A stretch of DNA of 26,277 bases from Myxococcota bacterium (GTDB taxonomy: Bacteria; Myxococcota; JACRCW01), in NCBI GenBank assembly GCA_040752415.1, contig JBFMGU010000148.1, positions 1-26,277 on the forward strand, given 5' to 3'. This document shows, one piece after another, positions 18,428 through 26,277 of this stretch; position 1 is the first letter of the stretch; every line of letters begins with the position of its first letter. The notes beneath the pieces are model-generated. The model did no database searches and had not been told where the DNA came from. It saw only the letters and a list, made by a program, of their open reading frames with translations. A program made the translations under genes and the position numbers.

Positions 18428-20986
18428 TCAAACCTTCCGCAGCGAGCAGACCGTGTCGTACCACGACTGCATTCCCGTGATTGGCGAGGGCTGGATGGGC
18501 AGGATGGCGTTGATGTTGAACCCCGCGCCGCTGCCGTCGCGCTTGGGGTCCCACCACAGCGCGTCGGTCAGGTCGGCGTCCTCGGCGAGCACCGACTCGT
18601 CGTAGCCGGGGCCCTGCGGACGGGGGCCGCGGTTGGCGGTGGCCGCGCGCCCGTGGAACTGCTGCCCGAGGCTGTTGCTGACCGCGAGCACCCGCGGGTG
18701 AATCCCCTCGGTGACAAAGGCGCGAATCCGGGCCGACCCGAGCTTCTCCCCCGTGGCGCGCCACGTATTCCCGCGCGGTCGCCACGTCGTGATCTCCACC
18801 ATGTCTCCGGTGCGGATTCCGAGGCGCTTCGCTGTGGCCGCATTGATCCACATCGGGTTGTCGTGAACGATCTCGGACAGGTACTTCTGTTGTGCGGTTC
18901 GGCCCTGGGTGTGCACGTTCCATTTGAACGTCACCAGGAAGAAGCGGTCCGGCGGAAGGTGCTGATGCGTCGGAATCGGAACGTACGCGGGCCAGCCGTC
19001 GTCCTTGACGTTGACCTTCCCCGCGGCGGCGCTCACCGTCGAGCTGCGGACTTCGAAGCGGCGTGATGGCGTCTTGAAGCCGCGCAGGATGCGCTCCCCC
19101 TTGCGCAGGCCCACGGCCTCCTCGGTCCCCTTCACGGGGTCCTTGCGGTACGCGATGCCAGTGCGCTCGTCGACGCGGAGCTCCTCGAGCGCACCAGTCA
19201 CCGGGCGGGCGTAAATCTGATACGCCTTGGGCGTGCTCGCGTCGACGTAGACGCCCCGCTGGCGCATGAAGTCGAACCCGTCGGCGCAATCGCCCGGCGG
19301 GATGTTCCGGCACTGGTGGCGCACGTAGTCCTCGTGGTCGCGGAATGCGAAGTACCGCGCCACGTCGGGTCCCAGGCGCTTTCCCAGCGTGATGAGCACG
19401 TCGGCGAAGCTCACGCACTCCGCGGGCGGCGGAACCAGGGGCTGTCGCAGCGCAAGGTACGGCTGCAGCTCGTAGGAGTTGCGGGTGTCCAGGCCCCAGC
19501 GCTCCGTATAGGTCGCGTCCGGCAGGAGGAGGTCCGCGTAGTGGGCGGTCTCCGAATAGACGACGTCGCTGCACGCGTGGAACGGAATCAGCGACTCGTC
19601 CTTGAGCACCTCCACGGCGAGGCTCCGGCCTTCCGGCCACGTCGTGGGGGAGGCGAGCGTATAGGTCAGATACACCTGCAGGCGCGCCCGCTTCTCCTTG
19701 AGGTACGCGTAGACGAGCTGGCCGACCTTCATCTTCTGCCAGTGGTTGGCCAGCGGGTATTCGGGCGGGTCTTCGAGGTCCGTCCGGATCTCCGGCTTCG
19801 GCGGGACGGGCTGCGGCGGAGGATACTTGACCGGGTCGATGCGCTCGGACTCGCCGTAGCAGTAGCCACCGGGCCTGCCGATGCTTCCCACCAGCGCGTT
19901 CAGGGTCACCACCGCGCGATCGTTGTTGAAGCCGTTGTAATGCGCATGGCTACCGCGATTGGTGAACGCCGCGCACCGCGGGCGGGCGCGCGCGAACTCC
20001 AACGCAATGCGCTCGATGTCCCGCGCGGCGATGCCGCTGACCTTCTCCGCCCAGGCCGGCGTGTAGGGCTTGTAGAACTCCCGGAGCTCCTCGGGTGAGA
20101 CGTTGACCCACTCCGCAATGAACTCCCGATCAATCTCGTTGGCGGCGAGGATGACGTGACCCATCGCCAGGGCGATTGCGCCTTCCGTGCCGGGCAGGGG
20201 TGCCAGCCACTCATCGCTGCGCCCCGCGGTGTTGGAGAGGCGGACATCCAGCGTGACGAGGCGAGCGCCATTGTCGTACCGACCGCGCACGACGCGGCGC
20301 AGGAAATGGATGTGCCCCTGGTGCCCCTCGTAGAAGTTGGAACCGAAGTTGAGCAGGTACCTGGTGTGCTCGGCATCCACCGTCTCCCAATCCGAGTCAC
20401 CGAGGCACGCGTAATTCGCCGCGCGCTTGTTGAGCGAACACAAGGCGCGGTGGTTGAGCACGACGGGAGAGCCGATGGCGTTCATGAAGCGATCCACCAC
20501 GTCGGAGATGCGCGAGCGTCCGTAGTGGATGGCGACCTGCTCGGGGTGTCCGGCGTCCATGGTGGCGCGGATGCGGGTGCTCAGCTCGCGGTAGGCTTCC
20601 TCCCAGGTCACACGCCGCCACAGCCCCTCGCCCCGTTGTCCCACGCGCTTCAAGGGATGGAGCAGGCGCTCCGGATAGGTGTTGATCGTCACGCCACTCT
20701 GACCCTTGGCGCACAGGTGCTGCCCGTTGTTCGGATCACGCGGGTTCCCGGAGAGCTTCACGAGCCTCCCGTCGATGACGTGGCCGATGATTCCGCAGAC
20801 CGACGAGCAATTGAGGCAGACGCCCGGTACCTGGGTGGCGCGCCGGTAGTCGTTGGGCGCGGTGACACTCGTGGTGGCGGCGGCTGCCAAAGCCACCGTC
20901 TCGCCGGGAGTGAGGCGGATGACGTCCCCGAGGGAGAGGCCCGCCAACGCACCGATTCCCGACGTGATGAATTCTCGCCGATCCAT
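18428..20986 (-). CDS. Tat-exported molybdopterin oxidoreductase catalytic subunit, DMSO reductase family (PsrA/ArrA/AnrA-like)
   Basis: MDRREFI twin-arginine signal with GAGG RBS; C-x2-C-x3-C-x27-C-AK [4Fe-4S] motif; PLKRVGQRGEG; candidate Cys Mo ligand in NHRALCS; SETAHYADLLLPDATYTER; C-terminal molybdopterin dinucleotide-binding domain. Confidence 0.93.
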   Translation of the reverse strand: MDRREFITSGIGALAGLSLGDVIRLTPGETVALAAAATTSVTAPNDYRRATQVPGVCLNCSSVCGIIGHVIDGRLVKLSGNPRDPNNGQHLCAKGQSGVTINTYPERLLHPLKRVGQRGEGLWRRVTWEEAYRELSTRIRATMDAGHPEQVAIHYGRSRISDVVDRFMNAIGSPVVLNHRALCSLNKRAANYACLGDSDWETVDAEHTRYLLNFGSNFYEGHQGHIHFLRRVVRGRYDNGARLVTLDVRLSNTAGRSDEWLAPLPGTEGAIALAMGHVILAANEIDREFIAEWVNVSPEELREFYKPYTPAWAEKVSGIAARDIERIALEFARARPRCAAFTNRGSHAHYNGFNNDRAVVTLNALVGSIGRPGGYCYGESERIDPVKYPPPQPVPPKPEIRTDLEDPPEYPLANHWQKMKVGQLVYAYLKEKRARLQVYLTYTLASPTTWPEGRSLAVEVLKDESLIPFHACSDVVYSETAHYADLLLPDATYTERWGLDTRNSYELQPYLALRQPLVPPPAECVSFADVLITLGKRLGPDVARYFAFRDHEDYVRHQCRNIPPGDCADGFDFMRQRGVYVDASTPKAYQIYARPVTGALEELRVDERTGIAYRKDPVKGTEEAVGLRKGERILRGFKTPSRRFEVRSSTVSAAAGKVNVKDDGWPAYVPIPTHQHLPPDRFFLVTFKWNVHTQGRTAQQKYLSEIVHDNPMWINAATAKRLGIRTGDMVEITTWRPRGNTWRATGEKLGSARIRAFVTEGIHPRVLAVSNSLGQQFHGRAATANRGPRPQGPGYDESVLAEDADLTDALWWDPKRDGSGAGFNINAILPIQPSPITGMQSWYDTVCSLRKV

Positions 20987-20993
20987 GTCGACC

Positions 20994-21668
20994 TCAACCC
21001 TTGCGCGAGGGGGGATCGAAGTTGGCCTGGAGGAGCGCCCAGGTCTCAATCTCATACGAGCGCGGGTCGTGGTTCCGTCCCTCGGGAACTTTTCTTTCCA
21101 GGTCCCGATCCACGCCCCGATAGACGACCTGGGGCTTGGTCCCCTTGTCGGGTTTGAGCGGGGTCAGCTCCGCGTCGTAGCGGCGACGGAATGCGCTGAT
21201 GCGGCTCGCTGGATCGTTGAGGTCTCCGAAGATGATGGTGCCGCCGGGACAGGTCTCGACGCACGCGGGCTCCATGCCCACCGCAACCCGGTGCGAGCAG
21301 AAGTCGCACTTGTCCGCCACTTCGGACGCCGGGTCGACGTAGATTGCTCCGTAGGGGCAGGCGTCTTCGCAGGCCCCGGTGCCATCGCACGTGGCCTTGT
21401 TGATCCGCACCACACCGTCGGCGCCGCGCTGGATGGACCTGGTCGGGCATGACGTGACGCAGGGGGCGTCCTCGCACTGCTGGCACACCACCGGCAGGAA
21501 CTGGCGAACCACGCGTGGGAACGTGCCCTTGTCCCGGTAGTACACCTTCGTCCGGAAGTGCCCCAGGGGAACGTGGTTCTCGACCTTGCAGGCGACGGAG
21601 CACGCGTGACAGCCCGTGCACCGTTCCAGGTCGAATGCCATGCCGTAGCGCGGGGATGGGTTGGTCAC
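20994..21668 (-). CDS. Four-cluster Fe-S electron-transfer subunit (DmsB/PsrB/TtrB-like)
   Basis: CTGCHACSVAC, CQQCEDAPCVTSCP, CDGTGACEDACP, KCDFC...PACVETCP; GTG 21668 preceded by GGGAG. Confidence 0.93.
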   Translation of the reverse strand: MTNPSPRYGMAFDLERCTGCHACSVACKVENHVPLGHFRTKVYYRDKGTFPRVVRQFLPVVCQQCEDAPCVTSCPTRSIQRGADGVVRINKATCDGTGACEDACPYGAIYVDPASEVADKCDFCSHRVAVGMEPACVETCPGGTIIFGDLNDPASRISAFRRRYDAELTPLKPDKGTKPQVVYRGVDRDLERKVPEGRNHDPRSYEIETWALLQANFDPPSRKG

Positions 21669-21790
21669 GGCTGTCTCCCTGTTGTGACGGGGCAACACCA
21701 TCCTCCACGGTGCAGGGGCGACTCAACTCCAGGCCGGCGCACTTCCGCGTTGACCGAATCCCACGTGCTCCACCAGCGTTCCGTTCGGAC

Positions 21791-21947
21791 GGTTGCGCTG
21801 CGCGGGGCTCCCCAGCTTGGGCCCGCTGTACATCACCGAGGCGCGGTGGTCGGTGTGGCAGCCCCAGCACGCGACCCACCTCGTGCAGCACCACGGTTTG
21901 CAGGTCCACCGCGTCTTCAGGCGGGGGCGTGTCGCCGAGAAACGGTA
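21791..21947 (-). pseudogene. Degenerate fragment of the matrixin catalytic region
   Basis: Aligns to 22213-22372 at roughly 85% by eye, with small deletions causing frameshifts; DAVDLQTVVLHEVGRVLGL versus DAVDLQSVVLHEVGHVLGLRH. Confidence 0.9.
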
Positions 21948-22066
21948 ATGGCGCGCTGTTTTCCGGAATGGCGTGGCTCAATGACCCTCAGTCTACCGCT
22001 CCGCTGGCCATGTGCACACGGCCCGAGCGGCCGCTTCTGCCGACCTTTCCCTCAGTCGGAAACCGT

Positions 22067-22750
22067 TCAGCGCCTCGGCTCGGACGCACGCACCGACCAC
22101 ACCACCAGCAACGCAAGCACGATCAGCGAGGGCAGGAGCACCGCGCGGGGTGAGGGGTCGGCCGGTGGCGCGGGGTACAGCGTGCACACCGCGGTGACGT
22201 CGTCCGGTTGCAGGTTGCGCTGCGCGGGGCTTCCCAGCTTGAAGCCGCCGTACATCACCGAGGCGCGGTGCCCGGTGTGGCGCAGTCCCAGCACGTGACC
22301 CACCTCGTGCAGCACCACGCTCTGCAGGTCCACCGCGTCCTTGGGCGGGGGGAGTGTCGTCGAGAAACGGTAGGTGCCGTTGAGCAGCAGGGTGGCACCG
22401 CGGATCTCGCCGCTGTTGGGATCCGCGTCCACGTTGGTGTGCGCCACCAGCGAGGCATCAAAGGGCCACCCCTCCGTCACCACGCGCACCACCACCGGCG
22501 CGTCCGACGTCACCGCGAAGCGCAGCGACGTGCAGGGGGGCGTGGCCCAGGCCTGGAACCCGGCGGTGACGGCCGCCTCCGCATCCGGCGACAACGACGA
22601 CAGCGACACATCCGCGCGCCAGGTGAGGGCGGGCGTGCGCCAGCGCAGGCGTGCGCCGTGGGGCGACACCTCCTGCTCAAAGGCATGCACGGGTGAGAAG
22701 GAGAGGAGGAGTCCCAGTGGGATGAGGAAGCGAGGGAAGGCCGCCATCAT
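22067..22750 (-). CDS. Matrixin-family (M10) zinc metalloprotease with C-terminal membrane anchor
   Basis: Signal peptide ending VHA; HEVGHVLGLRH zinc motif; SVMY Met-turn; hydrophobic tail followed by RR. Confidence 0.9.
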   Translation of the reverse strand: MMAAFPRFLIPLGLLLSFSPVHAFEQEVSPHGARLRWRTPALTWRADVSLSSLSPDAEAAVTAGFQAWATPPCTSLRFAVTSDAPVVVRVVTEGWPFDASLVAHTNVDADPNSGEIRGATLLLNGTYRFSTTLPPPKDAVDLQSVVLHEVGHVLGLRHTGHRASVMYGGFKLGSPAQRNLQPDDVTAVCTLYPAPPADPSPRAVLLPSLIVLALLVVWSVRASEPRR

Positions 22751-22771
22751 CCCACCGGGAAGCCGGGGCAA

Positions 22772-24178
22772 TCAGCCCTCGGGGTCCGTCTCGACGTTGG
22801 CGTCGGCCTCGGTGATGTCATCCGCGCCGGTCTCGGCCAGCAGCGCGTCGAGCTCGGGGTCGGCGTCGGCCTGGGCCGGGTCCGCCGCGGTCTCCGGCAG
22901 CGTCTCCTCCGCCAGGCCGAAGCAGGTGGAAGTGTCGCCCTCGTTGAACTCGAAGAACCCGGGGCCGCCACCGTCGCTGGCGCCGGCGTCACCCACGCCA
23001 CCGTCGGGCGGGTCGTTCTGCGCGATGGTGTCCAGGTACGCGGTGCGCAGGCCGCCCGGACCCCAACACTCATGCAGGTGGCCCAGCACCTCCACGGGGA
23101 GCGGACGCAGGTGCACCGCAATGGCGTCGGCGCGACCACCCAGCCCGGCCGCCCAGCGCGCGCGCAGCGCGAACAGCTCGATGCCCGCGAGCGGCCAGAA
23201 GTCGCCCACGGCGCGCGTGCGCAGGTGACCACCCACGCCCGGTCGACGGAAGAAGTCCACCGCCCAGTCACGCGGGATGGCCTGGGGATCGTCGATGGGA
23301 CGGACGTTCCGGTAGACCACGCGTCGACCGCGCGCGTCGGTGCGGTGGTTGGCCCAGAGCACGTGCACGCCGCCGGACTTGCCGGGGCCGTTGGGGAACA
23401 CCTCACTGACCGCGCCCAGGTTCATGTGGAAGCGGCCACCGCCGGAGTTGGGGCCCATCTTGAGGAACACGCCGGTGAGCAGGATGCGGGGCGGCGGGAG
23501 CGTTCCGCCGTCGGAGGCGCCACCGTCGTCCGCCACGCCACCGTCGGGACGCGGGGGCAGGGCCACCACCAGGTAGCGCAGGCGGTTGGGCCCCACGCGG
23601 GTGATGGTCAGGCGCACCATGGTGCCATCCACCGGGCGCTGCCAGGAGGCGTAGGGATGACCCTCCAGCGTGGTCCCGCGACGATCCGGGGGGACGGTCT
23701 GGGCCACGTCGCGGATGAAACGCATCACCGCGCGCGCGTCGGCGGTGGCCTCCCGGCCGGCGGTGGCGGCGCGGTACAGCAGCACGGCGGGGTCACCAAT
23801 GCGGGCCGCCGCGGCCTCCGGGCTGTCATCCTCGAACAGGATCTCGTCGACGTTGATGACGTCCGTGGCGTCCACCTCCGCGGGTGCGCCGCTGCTGGTG
23901 GAGCTGCTGCTGCTGGATGACGACGTGCCGCCCGTGGAGCTGCTGGACGAGGAGCTGCTGGCCGAGGAGGTGGTGGCCCCCGACGACGAGCTGCTCGACG
24001 ACGAGCTGGTCGTGCCGCCGTTGGACGACGACGAGGAGGACGAGGACGACGACGAGGACGAGGAGCTCGACGAGGTCGTGCCCGTGGTGGTGGTTCCTTC
24101 GCCCGTCGTGGTGCAGGCGGTGCCGAGCGCCGTGGCCAGCGCCAGCATCCCGAGAGGACGTGCAACAGCCCGAGTCAT
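22772..24178 (-). CDS. Hypothetical lipoprotein with long poly-Ser linker
   Basis: ATG 24178 with GGAGG 6 nt upstream; lipobox LGTAC; about 70-residue Ser/Thr/Gly tract; beta-rich domain; acidic C-terminus. Confidence 0.8.
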   Translation of the reverse strand: MTRAVARPLGMLALATALGTACTTTGEGTTTTGTTSSSSSSSSSSSSSSSSSNGGTTSSSSSSSSSGATTSSASSSSSSSSTGGTSSSSSSSSTSSGAPAEVDATDVINVDEILFEDDSPEAAAARIGDPAVLLYRAATAGREATADARAVMRFIRDVAQTVPPDRRGTTLEGHPYASWQRPVDGTMVRLTITRVGPNRLRYLVVALPPRPDGGVADDGGASDGGTLPPPRILLTGVFLKMGPNSGGGRFHMNLGAVSEVFPNGPGKSGGVHVLWANHRTDARGRRVVYRNVRPIDDPQAIPRDWAVDFFRRPGVGGHLRTRAVGDFWPLAGIELFALRARWAAGLGGRADAIAVHLRPLPVEVLGHLHECWGPGGLRTAYLDTIAQNDPPDGGVGDAGASDGGGPGFFEFNEGDTSTCFGLAEETLPETAADPAQADADPELDALLAETGADDITEADANVETDPEG

Positions 24179-24245
24179 TACCAACCTCCATGGTGGGGTT
24201 GTTGGTGGAGGATGCGCATAGGCCCCACCCCGATGCGCGGGCTAA

Positions 24246-24296
24246 AGCATCGGCGCGGCCAGGGCGAGGGTCAACGAATTTTTTTTGCAAAACAAA
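24246..24296 (-). promoter_or_regulatory. Candidate sigma70 promoter with AT-rich UP element
   Basis: Minus strand: TTGACC (24274-24269), 17-nt spacer, GATGCT (24251-24246), preceded by TTTGTTTTGCAAAAAAAATT, which stands out in this high-GC DNA. Confidence 0.5.
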
Positions 24297-24361
24297 CGCG
24301 TGTGATGAGGCGCACGGACAACGAGAGCGGGACCCGGGCGCAAACTCGTGCGTTTGTTGGC

Positions 24362-25129
24362 TCAGGCGGCGCCGCCGGGGAAATAGCGCGGGTCCAGCTC
24401 GGCGGGCGTGAGGCCCATCTGGCGCGCCAGCGCGCTGTTGTGCTCGCGGACGATGCGCGCGTAGTCCTCGGGTTTCAGCTCGTTGTTGCTCAGCGCGTCG
24501 AGCACGGTGTTGGCGGCCAGGGACAGCGGCAGGAGCAGCACGCCCACCAGCGCGCCCATGCAGCCGCCCGCCAGCAGCCCGGACACAAAGCCCGAGACGG
24601 ACGCGTTGGTGGCGTTGCCCAGGAAGCCCTGGGAGAGGCTGTAGGCGGTGAAGCTGATGGCCCCGACGATGCCACCGCCGAGCGCGAAGCACGCCGGTGC
24701 TCCCAGGCATCCGCCCAGGCCCAGCTTGTTCACCGTCTCGTGACGGCGCTCGTCGTTGTCCAGCGCCTCGAACTTCTCGCGGATGTCCGGGCTGATGTTG
24801 ATGGCGCGCAGCTCGGCGTCGTGGACCTTCGCCCCGTCGCCGCGGACCACCCGCACCGACGAGCCGGTCACCTTGAGCAGCAGCGCACGCTCCTCGAAGA
24901 GCCGGATGCGCTCCTCGTGCGTCTGCGCGCCCGGCGTGGCGGGAGGCTGCACTTCACCCACGGGCTCGGTGGCCGGCGGCGTGGGCGGCACGGTGGGGAT
25001 GGGCGGCTCGTCGACGGGCGCGGGCACCGCGGGCGGGGCTTCCGGCGCGGGAGGGACCGGCGGCGCTTCCTGTGCGCGCAGCACGGACGACGACAAGAGG
25101 AGCAGGGAGCACAGACACCAGCGGGACAT
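24362..25129 (-). CDS. Hypothetical exported/membrane protein
   Basis: MSRWCLCSLLLLSSSVLRA signal with GGAGG RBS; Pro-rich linker; two Gly-rich hydrophobic segments. Confidence 0.75.
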   Translation of the reverse strand: MSRWCLCSLLLLSSSVLRAQEAPPVPPAPEAPPAVPAPVDEPPIPTVPPTPPATEPVGEVQPPATPGAQTHEERIRLFEERALLLKVTGSSVRVVRGDGAKVHDAELRAINISPDIREKFEALDNDERRHETVNKLGLGGCLGAPACFALGGGIVGAISFTAYSLSQGFLGNATNASVSGFVSGLLAGGCMGALVGVLLLPLSLAANTVLDALSNNELKPEDYARIVREHNSALARQMGLTPAELDPRYFPGGAA

Positions 25130-25239
25130 GAGGGCCTCCGAGGCCGCGCATCCGACGCAATGACCTCGGGTGGTGTCAAGGTGCGGGCCCGGTTGTCTCC
25201 GCGTCCTCGTCGACCCACATTGGGCCACGGGAGCGGACC

Positions 25240-26217
25240 ATGGTGCGACGGGGCAGGGTGGCCTTCTGGTTGTTCGTGGGCATGGTGACGACGGTGGGAA
25301 GCCTTCACGGGATGGTTGCGGGCGGCTATTCCGCGCTGGTTTCCGACGGGGACGGCGGCTGGCTCGCACTCTCCGACGACAAGAACCATCCCCGCATCTA
25401 CCACCTGGCCATCCCGCTCTCCCGCACCGACGGAGGCGTGGCCCACGTGACCGGCGTAACGCCGTTGCGCGACGAAATGGGTGAGCCGCTGGCCGAAGGG
25501 ACGGTGGACCCGGAAGGCCTGGCGCTGCTGCCGCCCCACGCGCTGCTGGTCTCCAGTGAGGGGTTTACGAAGCACGGTGTGCCGCCGAGGATCTGGCGCG
25601 CGGACCGCAAGACCGGTCGCACCCTGGAGCGCCTCCCGCTGCCTCCCGACGTCATTCCGGACCACAAAGTCTCCGAGGAACAGACCCGCGGCGTGCTGGA
25701 CAACTACGGCTTCGAGGGGCTCACGCTCTGTCCCGACGGGCGCACGTTGCTCGCCGCCACCGAGGCGCCGCTGAAGCAGGACGGTCCGTGGCCGGCGGCG
25801 GGAGGCCGTGGTCGCGTGCTGGTCTACGACGTGAAGAGCGCACCCGCGCGCCTGACCGGCGAGCACCGCTACCCGCTCCAGGCTCCTTCCGCCGGCGCGT
25901 GGGTGCACGGGCTCACCGCCATGCTGTGCCTGGACGACGGACGCGTCCTCACCCTGGAGCGCTCCTGGGGGCGCGACGTGGGCTTCGACATCTCGCTCTT
26001 CCTCGGACGCCTGCCCGCCAAGGGGCCCGGTCTCGTCGAGAAGAAGCTGCTGGCGCGCATCAATGACCTGGGCGTGCGCATGGACAACTTCGAAGGCCTG
26101 GCCCCCGGCCCGCGTCTCCCCGACGGACGCCACACCGTGCTCATCATCAGCGACGACAATTTCCTTCCCGACCAGGTGAGCGAGGTGGTGTGGGTGGCCT
26201 GGCGGGATCCGGGCTGA
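25240..26217 (+). CDS. Esterase-like activity of phytase family protein (phytase-like beta-propeller)
   Basis: GGYSAL...ALSDD, DPEGL, VSSEG, NYGFEGLTLCPDG, LTLERS, DNFEGL, IISDDNF...Q; N-terminal signal or hydrophobic segment. Confidence 0.88.
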   Translation: MVRRGRVAFWLFVGMVTTVGSLHGMVAGGYSALVSDGDGGWLALSDDKNHPRIYHLAIPLSRTDGGVAHVTGVTPLRDEMGEPLAEGTVDPEGLALLPPHALLVSSEGFTKHGVPPRIWRADRKTGRTLERLPLPPDVIPDHKVSEEQTRGVLDNYGFEGLTLCPDGRTLLAATEAPLKQDGPWPAAGGRGRVLVYDVKSAPARLTGEHRYPLQAPSAGAWVHGLTAMLCLDDGRVLTLERSWGRDVGFDISLFLGRLPAKGPGLVEKKLLARINDLGVRMDNFEGLAPGPRLPDGRHTVLIISDDNFLPDQVSEVVWVAWRDPG

Positions 26218-26239
26218 GCCAACAGGTGGTCAGGTCCAC

Positions 26240-26268
26240 CAAATCCCCCGGTTTTCCGGGGTGATTTG
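26240..26268 (+). terminator. Hairpin downstream of the phytase-like gene
   Basis: caaatcccccgg-tttt-ccggggtgatttg forms a 12-bp stem with one bulge, 22 nt after the stop; no clear U-tract. Confidence 0.4.
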
Positions 26269-26277
26269 ACGCCGCCT

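Noticed and set aside
21748..21765. FNR box upstream of the oxidoreductase cassette (TTGACCGAATCCCA)
   Set aside because: Only one half-site resembles TTGAT-N4-ATCAA.
21052..21981. 309-aa ORF beginning with a HEVGR motif as a real protease
   Set aside because: It is the matrixin remnant reading out of frame into the Fe-S gene; the second zinc His is lost.
18214..22372. Diversity-generating retroelement (TR/VR pair at a gene 3' end)
   Set aside because: No reverse transcriptase in the window, and the differences between copies are not adenine-specific and include indels.

Overview
High-GC window with gene content typical of Myxococcota (inference): two Hanks-type Ser/Thr kinases, many lipoproteins with Ser-rich or DAG/DGG linkers, a matrixin, pdxA and hemF. 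About 20 credible CDSs; most other ORFs in the track are GC-rich shadow frames. No rRNA, tRNA, CRISPR array, transposase or integrase was seen. Most notable: (1) a two-gene DMSO-reductase-family cassette (Fe-S subunit, then Tat-exported Mo catalytic subunit, Psr/Arr/Anr-like, no membrane anchor or chaperone) lying inside a split, degenerate duplicate of the 3' end of the neighbouring matrixin gene; (2) a putative NlpC/P60-like peptidoglycan-hydrolase effector followed by a secreted candidate immunity protein; (3) two long intergenic inverted-repeat elements flanking a lipoprotein that fuses a heme c motif to a PHM/DBH-type copper monooxygenase; (4) a recurring D-[AG]-G motif in exported proteins.
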